A DNA stretch of 64,000 nucleotides, from assembly GCA_050331615.1 (NCBI GenBank), contig JBHJGR010000003.1, positions 2,515-66,514 of the forward strand, in the 5' to 3' direction. The translations under genes and the position numbers were made by a program. Position 1 is the first letter of the stretch; each line of letters opens with the position of its first letter. The notes below the pieces were generated by a model. It had not been told where the DNA came from and did not search any database. It saw nothing but the letters and a program-made list of their open reading frames with translations. Source of the DNA: Elainellaceae cyanobacterium. Lineage in GTDB: Bacteria; Cyanobacteriota; Cyanobacteriia; CAKZMO01. Shown piece after piece: positions 54,871-64,000 of the stretch.

Positions 54871-56103
54871 ATGATGACCCTGCCATCCGAATCCCTGACT
54901 GAGGTTACCCTCAGCCCATCGCTGCAAATCGGCATAATTGTCGGTCTAACGGCGATCGCCACCCTCATCCTGAGCCGCATCATCCCCGCCCTCATCAGCA
55001 ATATTAGCCGCTGGATTCAAGCCGGGGCGCAGTCCGTGCGGGCCGACCTAGCCCAACCTCATCCACCCATCCACCCATCTCCCCCCGCACCCACCAAAAC
55101 TCCCCAGACCCTGAGCACGCTGGCAACCCGCAACGGCAGCCCGCGCCAGCCGACTCGGACGACCTGGCAGTTGGTGCAGGAGGTGGTGCAGCCCTACCGC
55201 AGTTTGGGGCTGGGGGCGATCGCCCTGCTGGTGCTCGACCTGGCGGTGTTTCTGCTGCCGCGATCGCCCGGGTACCCCTTTTTGGAGATCCCCGTCAGCC
55301 TGGCCCTGACTATTACCGTGAGCTGGCTGGCATCCCGGCTGTTCAAGCGCTTTTTTGACATCTATCTGCTGGATGCGGTGGTCAAGGAGGGGCGCAAGCT
55401 CAACAGCGAAATTCTGATTCTGGCGAAGTTTTCCGCCAACTCGGTGATCGTGATTCTCGCCGTGATTATCTTCGCCCAGACCCATCAAATCAACGTGTTT
55501 GGCCTGGTGGCGAGCTTGGGCATTGGCGGTTTGGCGGTGGCCTTTGCGGCCCAGAAGACCCTGGAGCAATTTTTGGGGGGCATTGTGCTCTATGTCGATC
55601 GCCCCTTCATTGTGGATGACTACATCGGTCTACCGGACGGCACCTTTGGCCGGGTGGAGTCCATCGGCCTGCGGTCAACGAAGATTCGCACCTCGGGCAA
55701 GGGTACGCTGATGGTTGTTCCCAACAGCTCTCTTACCCAGATCAATATTGAGAATTTCACCGGGGCCAAAAAGGTGATGTCCATCATCTATCTCAACCTG
55801 TATCGGCAGATTCCTGAGGACGAGCGGGCCTTGATTCGGCAGGTCATTTTGGAAAGCACCAACGATATTTTTGGCATCGACCCCCGCAGCACCGACGTAG
55901 CCTTTCGCAAGATGCCGGGCTTAGACCGGACCCAAGTACAGGTGACGTTTTTTATTCTCGGATCGGGGGAAGTGTCTATGGAGCTGCGGCGGCAGGTGCT
56001 GGACTTTGCCAACCAGCAGATTACCCAGCAGCTCACAGAATATGGCATCGCCTTTGATATCGAAGAACCAACAATTTACGTTGATTCGCCCATCACCATT
56101 TGA
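54871..56103 (+). CDS. Mechanosensitive channel, MscS family (paralogue 1)
   Basis: First ATG at 54871; the track TTG is at 54829. Transmembrane helices are followed by the MscS beta-domain GRVESIGLRSTKIRTSGKGTLMVVPNS. Confidence 0.8.
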   Translation: MMTLPSESLTEVTLSPSLQIGIIVGLTAIATLILSRIIPALISNISRWIQAGAQSVRADLAQPHPPIHPSPPAPTKTPQTLSTLATRNGSPRQPTRTTWQLVQEVVQPYRSLGLGAIALLVLDLAVFLLPRSPGYPFLEIPVSLALTITVSWLASRLFKRFFDIYLLDAVVKEGRKLNSEILILAKFSANSVIVILAVIIFAQTHQINVFGLVASLGIGGLAVAFAAQKTLEQFLGGIVLYVDRPFIVDDYIGLPDGTFGRVESIGLRSTKIRTSGKGTLMVVPNSSLTQINIENFTGAKKVMSIIYLNLYRQIPEDERALIRQVILESTNDIFGIDPRSTDVAFRKMPGLDRTQVQVTFFILGSGEVSMELRRQVLDFANQQITQQLTEYGIAFDIEEPTIYVDSPITI

Positions 56104-56154
56104 GCACAGTTCTCCCAGCCCTTTGCACACCAGCATTCAACATCCGCAACTAGC

Positions 56155-57264
56155 ATGAACGTCATTGGCCAAAGTATTATTAACCGGGTTGAGGATTTCC
56201 TGCAGGTCAATTCTCTGACGATTCCCCGACCCGCGATTTTTATCATTTTCGTAGTAGTGTCCTGGCTGGTGGGGCGCTACACGCCAACTTTTATCCGGGC
56301 GATCGCCCTCCGGTTCTTCCCCCAACAGTTTGCCGAGATCTTTGATAATTTGGTGGAGCCGGTGAAAGGAGCCCTCCGCACCGCCGGAACGCTGATTCTC
56401 GTCTACTGGTCGCTGGGCTGGCTGCGGGTTGAGGAATATCAAACCTTCTACGGCTTCATCGAGCCGCTGGTCAAGCTGGGGGTAATCATCAGCATTGCCT
56501 GGCTGATTTCGCGCCTGTTTCGCCAGTTCATTCGCGTCTACGGCATCGATCTGCTGAAGCGGTTTGGCTTCCAGGTGGATGAAATGCTGCTGGTGGTGGA
56601 GACGATCGCCAACATGATTATCGGCTTCATCGCCGCCCTGACTTTTTTCAACGACTTTGTGGGACTGCTGGCAAGTCTGGGAATCGGCGGTTTGGCCGTT
56701 GCCTTCGCGGCCCAAAAGATTCTAGAGCAGTTGCTGAGCACCATCGTCCTCTACCTCGATCGCCCCTTTGTTCCTGGAGACTATATTCGGCTGTCCAATG
56801 GTCAGCTCGGACGGGTAGAGTCCATCGGCCTGCGTTCGACTAAGATTCGCGCCTCCGCTAAAAACACCCTGTTTATCGTGCCCAACTCTAACCTGATCAG
56901 CATGGAGCTGGAGAACATTACCCGCGCCAAGAAAGTAATGGTGCTGCTCTATCTAGATTTCAATCAGCAGTTGGACAGCGAGGAGCGAGCGCTGGTGCAG
57001 CAGGTCATTAGCGAAACCACGGATTCCGTCTTTGGTATCGACCCCGGCAGCACCAACATTTCCTTTATGACAGACAACGGCAGCAAAGCCAATCGCGCCC
57101 GCATTACCTTTTTCATCCTGGGGTCCAACGAAAACTCAATTCAGCTACGCAAGCGGCTGCTGGAGCTGGCCAACGAAAACCTGTCGAAGAAGCTGGAGTC
57201 CTTCGGCATCACCTTCAAATCGCCGGAGCCAACGGTTTATGTGGAGTCGCCCGTGACAATTTGA
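56155..57264 (+). CDS. Mechanosensitive channel, MscS family (paralogue 2)
   Basis: 369 aa with an ATG start. The C-terminal half is about 55% identical to paralogue 1 (GRVESIGLRSTKIRASAKNTLFIVPNS). Confidence 0.8.
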   Translation: MNVIGQSIINRVEDFLQVNSLTIPRPAIFIIFVVVSWLVGRYTPTFIRAIALRFFPQQFAEIFDNLVEPVKGALRTAGTLILVYWSLGWLRVEEYQTFYGFIEPLVKLGVIISIAWLISRLFRQFIRVYGIDLLKRFGFQVDEMLLVVETIANMIIGFIAALTFFNDFVGLLASLGIGGLAVAFAAQKILEQLLSTIVLYLDRPFVPGDYIRLSNGQLGRVESIGLRSTKIRASAKNTLFIVPNSNLISMELENITRAKKVMVLLYLDFNQQLDSEERALVQQVISETTDSVFGIDPGSTNISFMTDNGSKANRARITFFILGSNENSIQLRKRLLELANENLSKKLESFGITFKSPEPTVYVESPVTI

Positions 57265-57369
57265 CCGGCATTCCGCTCCCAGCAATTCCTAATCTTCCGC
57301 TCAATCTGGTAGGTTGAGTTGAGCGCCAGCGTCACCCAACGCTTCCCTATTTTTCTCAACAACACCTCC

Positions 57370-58428
57370 ATGAAATTCAGCCAGCTCGCCCAGCAGCTCA
57401 AGGCCACCCAAACCAGCCTCTCCTCCCATCCCGATCGCGACCCGGAGATCAGCGGGGTAGCCGACCTCCGGGAAGCACCCCCCAACACCGTGAGCTACGT
57501 GGAAGGGCCAAAGTTCGCGAAGTACGTTGCCGAAACTGGCGCGATCGCCCTCATCTTGCCGGAATCCGCCGCCCTCCAACAGACCGCTACCGACCGGGGT
57601 CTGGCCTGGCTGAGCGTTCCCTATCCCCGGTTGGCCTTTGCCGAGGCGATCGCCCACTTCTACCAGCCTTTTCGCCCAGAGCCGGGCATTCATCCCACCG
57701 CCATGGTTCACCCCAGCGTCCGACTCGGCAAGGAGGTGTCAATCGGAGCCTATGCGGTGATCCAGCCCGATGTGGTGCTAGGAGATCAGGTGTGCGTCCA
57801 TCCCCATGTCGTGGTGTATCCGGCGGCGCAGATTGGCGATCGCACCATTCTCCACGCCCACTGCGTCATCCATGAGCGAGCCGTGATCGGGGCGGACTGC
57901 GTGATTCACAGCGGCGCGGTGATTGGCTCCGAAGGGTTTGGCTTTGTGCCCACCCGCGAGGGCTGGGTAAAGATGGAGCAGTCCGGCATCACGGTGCTGG
58001 AAGCTGGTGTAGAGGTAGGCTGCAACACCACCATCGATCGTCCAGCAGTGGGAGAAACCCGCATCAAAGCCCACACTAAAATTGACAACCTAGTGCAGAT
58101 TGGGCACGGCTGCGAGGTGGGGCAGGGGTGCGCCTTTGCTTCCCAGGTGGGGCTGGCGGGGGGCGTGACCGTGGGCGATCGCACCATTCTCGCGGGCCAG
58201 GTAGGCATCGCCAACCAGGTCACCATCGGCAGCGGCACCACGGCCACGGCACGGGCGGGCATCATCCAAGATGTAGCCGCCGGTCAGGTCGTGTCGGGCC
58301 ACCCCACCGTGCCCCACCGCCAGTGGCTGCGCCAATCTGCCCTACAGCAGCGCCTGCCAGAGATGTATCAAACTCTGAAGCTGCTCCAGCAGGAGGTTGA
58401 GGCCCTGCAGAAGCAGCTTGAACCCTAG
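57370..58428 (+). CDS. lpxD: UDP-3-O-(3-hydroxyacyl)glucosamine N-acyltransferase
   Basis: ATG at 57370 (MKFSQLAQQL...); the track TTG is at 57319. The left-handed beta-helix hexapeptide repeats and the GSEGFGF motif are typical of LpxD. Confidence 0.85.
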   Translation: MKFSQLAQQLKATQTSLSSHPDRDPEISGVADLREAPPNTVSYVEGPKFAKYVAETGAIALILPESAALQQTATDRGLAWLSVPYPRLAFAEAIAHFYQPFRPEPGIHPTAMVHPSVRLGKEVSIGAYAVIQPDVVLGDQVCVHPHVVVYPAAQIGDRTILHAHCVIHERAVIGADCVIHSGAVIGSEGFGFVPTREGWVKMEQSGITVLEAGVEVGCNTTIDRPAVGETRIKAHTKIDNLVQIGHGCEVGQGCAFASQVGLAGGVTVGDRTILAGQVGIANQVTIGSGTTATARAGIIQDVAAGQVVSGHPTVPHRQWLRQSALQQRLPEMYQTLKLLQQEVEALQKQLEP

Positions 58429-58447
58429 TCAGGCGTTTTGATGAGCG

Positions 58448-60268
58448 TCACGGTGACGGTTCCGGATCACGCCAGAAGGTGATCTGGTCGTGCAGCACTT
58501 CGAGCTGACTGCCGGGATAGTAGAAGCTGAGGATGCGATCGCTCGACCAGCCCAGCTCGCCCAAATTGTAGGCTCCGGTTTGGCTCATGCCCACCCCGTG
58601 GCCCCAGCCACCGCCGACAAAGGTATAGCCCTTGAGCACCCGGGCAGGCTGCTCAATCGGAGGGATGGGAGCAGCCGGGTCCGTGGCTCCAGACGCAGGC
58701 TCTAGGGACAGGTCCACAACCGGGTCGGTTGGGGAGGGCGCGGCGGGCGTTTCGGGTGGGGCATCTTCGTAGATGGGGTCGAGGTAGAACAGGGTGCTGC
58801 GGGGCGGATGAAGCGCCCGAATAATCTCGTCTTTCTCCAGCTCCATCACGCCCAGGTCAGTCGTCACGGCCAGCCTTTGGATGCGGCCCGACGTGGCCCG
58901 CTCCACCACCTCCAGCTTCTCGACCTTGGCGAAGTTGGCCATGGGGTGCTGCACGACCTCAAGATAAGCCCGCACGTCGTTGGCGATGTCGGTGAGGGAA
59001 TGGTCCACCCGCCAGCGGAAGGCATCCCAACCCTCCTCATTGAAGCCCTGGGCATTGTCGATGAACTGGCGGAAGTTGGTTTCATCGTCTAGACTCTTGC
59101 GGGATAAGTCCCAGATATTGTCTACCGAATCGACTACCGACGTTAGATACGAGCGGTCAGGACCGTTCCACACGTGGCTGAAGGGGGCCGTCACCCCTCC
59201 CGTCGTGGAGGAGTAGAGGGCATCCACCAGTTCATCTTCATAGGTCAGCACCTTGCCGCGGGTTGCGGCGATCGCCCGATCGCTAATCTCAGCCGCACCG
59301 CTCAACCCCCAGTAGACCTGACACTGGGTATCGGCACACAGCTCGTAGTTATCGATTTCAAACCGGCGTAAATTTCGCAGGGCATAGGTGCGGGCCAACA
59401 CCGCCTGGGCTTCAATGGTGGCTGGCGGAGCCCCCAGGCCAATTTCGTGGGGAACGACTCCCCGTAGATAGGTTTCGATGGGGACATCGTTTACCAGGGT
59501 GTAGGTGCCATAGGCATTGGGCTGGAGGCGCAGTTCTCCCCCATAGAGGCGGCGGTGCTGCCCCTCCACCGGATTCACCCAGATGCGATCGCGACCGCTG
59601 GTAATCTCCACTTCGTCCCGGTGGTAGCGAAACCCATTGACGACGATCGCCGCCTGGGGGCGGGCCTGCAGCGTGGTGGAGTCGAGAAAAGCCGTCTTCA
59701 CCCCGTGGGATTTGAGGTTCTGAATCAGCAGCCGCCGCAGCAGGGGACTGTTGTATACATCCCGCTTGGCCCACACCTGCCACTTACGGGGCTGGGCAAG
59801 CTCTACGTCGATGCCCTGCGATCGCCAGCGATTGGCGCTATCTTCGGCACTCTCAAAGCTCCGGTGGCTGCTGAGGACAACCCGCTCTACCACCTCTGGC
59901 TCCGGCAGGGGCTCCATGACGATCTCTACCCGCACCTGGTTGGCCGTCAGGGTTTGCTCTTGCCCCCCCGTTTCAATCTGGAGAGTGAGGCGATCGCCCG
60001 GCTGCGGTTCAATCATGAGCCAGTCGGTAGCCTGGTCGCCAAATCGCTGCACCACTCCCACCTCCAAAACCGGCTCAGGCAGGGGCTTGACCGTTTGCAC
60101 CGCTGATTTTGTCTGAGGTTTAGAGAGCAGGTTCGAGAAGGGAGACTGCCCCTCGCGGGCGGATGCCTGGGCAGGGGTCCAGCTCATCATCACCCCCATT
60201 GCGCAGAGGGAAAGGGCGACAGGCAATCGAGCGACCAGCCGGGTCGGTCGGAATGGATGAATTTGCAT
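58448..60268 (-). CDS. SpoIID/LytB-domain protein (amidase enhancer-like), secreted
   Basis: ATG at 60268 gives a signal peptide (MQIHPFRPTRLVARLPVALSLCAMGVMMSWTPAQASA); the track TTG is at 60337. The C-terminal SpoIID signature is GGGWGHGVGMSQTGAYNLGELGWSSDRILSFYYPG. Confidence 0.8.
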   Translation of the reverse strand: MQIHPFRPTRLVARLPVALSLCAMGVMMSWTPAQASAREGQSPFSNLLSKPQTKSAVQTVKPLPEPVLEVGVVQRFGDQATDWLMIEPQPGDRLTLQIETGGQEQTLTANQVRVEIVMEPLPEPEVVERVVLSSHRSFESAEDSANRWRSQGIDVELAQPRKWQVWAKRDVYNSPLLRRLLIQNLKSHGVKTAFLDSTTLQARPQAAIVVNGFRYHRDEVEITSGRDRIWVNPVEGQHRRLYGGELRLQPNAYGTYTLVNDVPIETYLRGVVPHEIGLGAPPATIEAQAVLARTYALRNLRRFEIDNYELCADTQCQVYWGLSGAAEISDRAIAATRGKVLTYEDELVDALYSSTTGGVTAPFSHVWNGPDRSYLTSVVDSVDNIWDLSRKSLDDETNFRQFIDNAQGFNEEGWDAFRWRVDHSLTDIANDVRAYLEVVQHPMANFAKVEKLEVVERATSGRIQRLAVTTDLGVMELEKDEIIRALHPPRSTLFYLDPIYEDAPPETPAAPSPTDPVVDLSLEPASGATDPAAPIPPIEQPARVLKGYTFVGGGWGHGVGMSQTGAYNLGELGWSSDRILSFYYPGSQLEVLHDQITFWRDPEPSP

Positions 60269-60477
60269 GGTTATTACCCCAGTTTGTGGGATAGCGTCAC
60301 GAAAATGCAAAGAAACGTCACGGTTGGAATCAACCAATTTGCTACTGAAATGCTATCCCAGTTCCTCCCAATTGTTCATTTTTTTCCCAACAAATTGGGG
60401 ATGACAGGTCGCTCATCTGCGTGATTTGCCCAACAGTCATCTATCCGCAGTGAGATTGATCAGAGACGAGGGGTGCC

Positions 60478-61050
60478 TTAGCGGATTGCCGCCCCCGACG
60501 ATTCTATCCGGTAGGTGACCCCATCGACCTCGTAGGTGACGATCGCCCTGACCGTCGCCGTTTGGCTGTATCCAGTCAGGCTGGAGCGATGGAGGTCAAT
60601 AATCGCGTTTTCCATCGGCCCCAGAGGGATAGCTCGGGGCAGGTTGTGATTTTCCTCAGTGAACGGCAGCACCTGGCCGCGATCGCTCAGGAGGGTCACC
60701 TGCTGAAGCACAATCTGGGCCTCTTGGTTCCTCGGGTTTTCTATTGTGAGAAAGATATCGGCATAGCCAACCGGATAGTCGGTAGGCGTCTCCACTCCCA
60801 GGGGAGGCAGCGGTTCCTCACGGGCAATGAGGGAGACTTGGGAAATGTGGGGCGAGTTAGCGGGCGGATGAATCACTGGTGACATGATGGAAATGAGGGT
60901 AGAGGGGGACGTTGGTGGTGGAGCCGCGGGCATTTCGGGCGGGGGATCCTCTGAGGCAGGTTTAGACACAAAAGACTGGGATGTGCAGGCGATCGCACTT
61001 CCCAGCAGCAGTAGGCCAGCGTATCGTATTGGGTGTTGCATCATGGGCAT
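60478..61050 (-). CDS. Hypothetical lipoprotein
   Basis: 190 aa. The ATG has GGAGGA upstream. A signal peptide with a lipobox is present (LLLGSAIAC), followed by a Pro-rich linker and then a beta domain. Confidence 0.5.
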   Translation of the reverse strand: MPMMQHPIRYAGLLLLGSAIACTSQSFVSKPASEDPPPEMPAAPPPTSPSTLISIMSPVIHPPANSPHISQVSLIAREEPLPPLGVETPTDYPVGYADIFLTIENPRNQEAQIVLQQVTLLSDRGQVLPFTEENHNLPRAIPLGPMENAIIDLHRSSLTGYSQTATVRAIVTYEVDGVTYRIESSGAAIR

Positions 61051-61208
61051 GTCCTCCGGGAAATGGCCGGGAGAGAGGGGCTATTCCTCTCTCCCAAAAC
61101 TTTGACGCTAAACCTGATTAAGTAGGCAAACAAAATTATTTTTTTGGAGATGCGCGCCCCCGGTGAGGGCGCACACCCCATCAGCTGTAGTTAATCGTGC
61201 TTTAGCAC

Positions 61209-63251
61209 TTAAACGTTGCTGTATTGAATCCAACCTTTCATTGACTGAAGTTCGGCCAAGGTGACATCAGCATGGCTGTGGCCCCAGGGGTTGTGCAGAC
61301 GGAAGCGCCCGGTGAAGGGGTTGTAGGAGGTGATGGTGTAGGCGTGGTTGTTGACCACTCCAGGAATCGTGCCGTCTACAAAGCCAACGGTGAGCATTTT
61401 GCTGGAGTTTACCAGGTTAATCAGCTGCGTCTGCGTCATGCTGGTAGCGTTTTTGGAGGTGGTGCTGTAGCCGGAAATCTGGTTAATTACGTTGTCCATC
61501 CAGCCGCCATCAATGCCAGCATAGGAGTTGGTGTTGTCCTGACCAATCCAGCCGGACTCGTTGACCTGGGCGTAGGCTTTCTCCAGCAAAGCCACCCACA
61601 GTTCATTATCTGTCTCAGAGTAGGATCCTCCGCCCCAGCCCGCATATCGGGCAGAGCTACCAGAGGTGGGCAGGTAGCGATCCACGGTCACATAGTCGCG
61701 GGTGCCGTCGGGCTTGAAAAAGCGGATAGTGAAGGTGCCATCTCCATTACTAATGAACATGTTGGAAATCACCGAGGATTTGTCCTGCGCGGCTGCACCC
61801 AGGGCAGCCAGGAAGTAGCAGTCGCCGGTTGCGCCCTGATCCACGTCGTGAACGCTAATGCCGCCTTGGAAGAGGGAGCCACTGGTGTAGCGGTAGGTGC
61901 CAGAGGCGTCGGGGCGATCGCTCCCATAAAACCACTTGCCCACCAGACTTTCAACCTGGGTATCACTGCTGCCGCCATAGAGGTTGCCGATGCCAGAGCG
62001 GATGTTGGCTACATCGCCGTTCACCACCTTGTTGGCCAGGTTCTTCACATACTCCGGCATGTAGAAGCTGCTGACGACTTTGCGCACGTCGGCCAGCTCG
62101 GTGCTGGTCATAGAACCGTAGTCCTTGGTTTCCCGAATGATCTCAATCATGTCGGTGCGGTTGATGCCGTCTGAGGCAAAGTTGCGGGTGATGTTGGTCA
62201 AGTCATTGTCACCCAGGTTGCGATCGTACCAGTCGCCCTCGCTCACCCGGAACCATGCCTGGGCGCGGTCTGCATCCCAAGCTCCCGTAGACGTCAGGGT
62301 ATATCCCCCAGTACCGGCAACATCCCCGGTAACTTGATTGGTGAGCAGGTCGTACCATAGGTTGATGTCGCGATAGCCCGACTTTGAATCAACGTCGATG
62401 CGATCGTCTGCTCCCGCCAGGCCACCATCACGGTCAAAGACTTCAATGCCGATGCTGACATAGCGGCTGTTGCCGTTAACGGTGCGGGTATAGGTCCAGT
62501 TGCTGGGCGAGATGTCGTTATCGTTGCTGATGGTGCCCGTGGTATAGGTCGCACCATCAATAGTAATTTTGCTGTAGTAGTCGGCATTATCGCCAAACCA
62601 GCCGGTATCAGGATTATCAATCGCTCTGATGCGGGTTACGTCTACCGTGACTTGGGGCAGGTTGGCATCGCTGCGGAACTCATAGGTGTTGCTGCCACCG
62701 CCCACTTGCTTAATCTCAGCAAAGTAATTGCCGCTAGCAAGTACTTTGTTGATGCTTTCGTTTGAGGAGCTGCTTCGGGTGGACCAGGCAAGCACTTCTC
62801 CGGAATCAACTAGACCGTTGCTGTTTTTATCCTGAATTAGGCGCAAGTCCGCATTGCTTTCTAAACCTGTGAGGGTCAGGGTAACGTCTCGAATGCCCGT
62901 AATTTCAAAGGAGTAGTAGTCAACGGTATCCGTACTGCCGACGTAGCCGCTGCGGGACTTGAGGCCGGTAAGGGTATCTAAATCCTGGGCCGTTGCCAGG
63001 CTATTGTCTGAAAATATGAGATTCGTATTCAGTGCTAAATTGTTTTGAGGAATGAGGTTTGAAGTAAGGGTGTTACTAATCGTTGCAGCTGCTAGCGGCT
63101 CGACATTCATCAGGCTTGGCTCACCGGAACCAACACCTGCATGGGGCGGCTGGAGCGAGTCTTGCAAACCAGACAAACTAGCGCCATCTATGGCTGATCC
63201 GTGAGACTGACCAAAGGGAGTTTTGGGTGTAAGCAACTCGTTGTAAGCCAT
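61209..63251 (-). CDS. Calpain-like cysteine peptidase (C2 family) with an N-terminal PPC-type domain
   Basis: ATG at 63251 (MAYNELL...) has AAGGAA upstream; the track TTG is at 63293. The calpain active-site Cys context QGATGDCYFLAALGAAAQ is present, together with downstream His/Asn regions (VNNHAYTIT, HNPWG). The motif DTVDYYSFEITG resembles a PPC domain. Confidence 0.72.
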   Translation of the reverse strand: MAYNELLTPKTPFGQSHGSAIDGASLSGLQDSLQPPHAGVGSGEPSLMNVEPLAAATISNTLTSNLIPQNNLALNTNLIFSDNSLATAQDLDTLTGLKSRSGYVGSTDTVDYYSFEITGIRDVTLTLTGLESNADLRLIQDKNSNGLVDSGEVLAWSTRSSSSNESINKVLASGNYFAEIKQVGGGSNTYEFRSDANLPQVTVDVTRIRAIDNPDTGWFGDNADYYSKITIDGATYTTGTISNDNDISPSNWTYTRTVNGNSRYVSIGIEVFDRDGGLAGADDRIDVDSKSGYRDINLWYDLLTNQVTGDVAGTGGYTLTSTGAWDADRAQAWFRVSEGDWYDRNLGDNDLTNITRNFASDGINRTDMIEIIRETKDYGSMTSTELADVRKVVSSFYMPEYVKNLANKVVNGDVANIRSGIGNLYGGSSDTQVESLVGKWFYGSDRPDASGTYRYTSGSLFQGGISVHDVDQGATGDCYFLAALGAAAQDKSSVISNMFISNGDGTFTIRFFKPDGTRDYVTVDRYLPTSGSSARYAGWGGGSYSETDNELWVALLEKAYAQVNESGWIGQDNTNSYAGIDGGWMDNVINQISGYSTTSKNATSMTQTQLINLVNSSKMLTVGFVDGTIPGVVNNHAYTITSYNPFTGRFRLHNPWGHSHADVTLAELQSMKGWIQYSNV

Positions 63252-63550
63252 TTTGAAGTTCCTTGAGGGTGAAAATTGTAGGGCCGATTGCAAGAGAACG
63301 GTTTGAACTTTGCGTTAGGTTCTCTCTCGAACTTGATCCCAGACTATCCGGCGGCTAAGGAGGCGCGAACCATACAGCCGTTGGCAGTTTCGTTGGTAAT
63401 TCAGGCCCTACTCTGTGGGGAGATTCGTAGGGAAAACTGTGGGGAGAAGGGCCATTTACCTATCTAGTTCGGTCAGGTTCAAATCGGCGCGATCGCTCAA
63501 GGCTACACATTGCTGAAGGCACCAGGCCAAACGGGATTTTCTCTAATCCC

Positions 63551-63580
63551 AGCACAAAAAGAGAGTAGGACCACGGTTCC
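63551..63580. terminator. Hairpin AGAGAGTAGGA-CCACGG-TTCCTACTCTCT downstream of the partial minus-strand gene
   Basis: An 11-bp perfect stem read directly. The flanks are only weakly T-rich. Confidence 0.3.
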
Positions 63581-63624
63581 TACTCTCTCCGGATTTGTTT
63601 GAGACGTGCTTACGCCAGCAGGAG

Positions 63625-64000
63625 CTACTTCCTGCTAGATGCTGGCACCGAGACCTTGAAATTAGCGAAATCGGCGTGGGTGTTTGACGGCGTTGCCCAG
63701 GACGGATCGCCTCCTCCAAAGAACGTGGAGAAGAAGACACCGTCAATCTTCAGATCAGAACTGGTGCGAAACGTCAGGTTTTCCTGCTTCAGAACGAGCT
63801 TGTCATCGAGCCAGACGCGAACCTTGCCGTTTTGCTTACCGGGCTGATTCAGCGACACCTCTTGTTCTAATTTGTGCCAAACGCCAGGTTCAAAGTCCCA
63901 TTTGCCGCGACCGAGTGACGTGCCAAATTTTTTGCTGGTAGGGAGGTAGGCATAAACCTCGCCATCGCCGTCACGCCGCCACATGAAGCGGGTAGAGAAG
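63625..64000 (-). CDS. Hypothetical protein, C-terminal part only; the N-terminus lies beyond the window end
   Basis: The reading frame stays open past 64000 upstream of the track ATG at 63984. It is beta-rich (...KIDGVFFSTFFGGGDPSWATPSNTHADFANFKV), possibly a jelly-roll polysaccharide-active domain. It is unassigned. Confidence 0.4.
   Translation of the reverse strand, partial: FSTRFMWRRDGDGEVYAYLPTSKKFGTSLGRGKWDFEPGVWHKLEQEVSLNQPGKQNGKVRVWLDDKLVLKQENLTFRTSSDLKIDGVFFSTFFGGGDPSWATPSNTHADFANFKVSVPASSRK

Noticed and set aside
61272-62174. 300-aa plus-strand ORF inside the calpain-like gene
   Set aside because: It is antisense to a gene with a calpain active-site motif and is Gly/Val/Ala-rich shadow sequence.
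1-64000. tRNA, rRNA, CRISPR, transposase or integrase genes
   Set aside because: No cloverleaf-compatible segment with a GGTTCGAATCC-type T-arm was found in any intergenic gap. There are no regularly spaced repeat-spacer arrays and no ORF with a DDE or tyrosine-recombinase motif. The repeats present are tandem heptamers or dispersed hairpins, not CRISPR.

Overview
This is a GC-rich (~60%) cyanobacterial chromosomal window. The HIP1 octamer GCGATCGC is saturated throughout and several STRR-like heptamer arrays are present. Gene content is mostly housekeeping and envelope functions: ferredoxin-sulfite reductase, purB, ispD, lpxD, gmhB, a GT9 heptosyltransferase, mgtE, rpoZ, a group-2 sigma factor, Mn-catalase, alpha-amylase and a CbbY-like phosphatase. 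Interleaved are accessory-looking genes: an S8 protease beside a BlaI/BlaR1-like pair, a HerA-like ATPase, an SbcC/Rad50-like ATPase, a calpain-like protease, a GH3-family ligase, a TamB-like giant protein and a large secreted-type metallophosphoesterase. I found no tRNA, rRNA, CRISPR array or transposase gene. The most distinctive content is non-coding. One family is a ~95-bp multi-hairpin MITE/REP-like element in seven copies, one of which donates the stop codon of the GH3 gene. A second is a ~40-bp A-tract/palindrome/T-tract element found only between convergent gene pairs, probably a bidirectional terminator. A third is a 28-bp perfect-palindrome hairpin downstream of three genes. A fourth is a ~100-bp pair of inverted repeats bracketing a 16.4-kb segment. 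There are also CCAAAAT and TGACTTC/TGAATCC heptamer arrays. The best candidates for undescribed biology are: (1) a tandem pair of ~85%-identical 181-aa proteins from no family I recognise, with a divergent neighbour gene and a downstream helix-hairpin-helix (HhH) protein; (2) a sulfite reductase carrying an in-frame C-terminal ribbon-helix-helix (RHH; ParD/CopG-like) domain; (3) an orphan HerA-like ATPase next to a 1.3-kb AT-rich gene-free region upstream of the sigma factor gene. The ORF track uses TTG/GTG as initiators, so several starts were moved to the first supported ATG.
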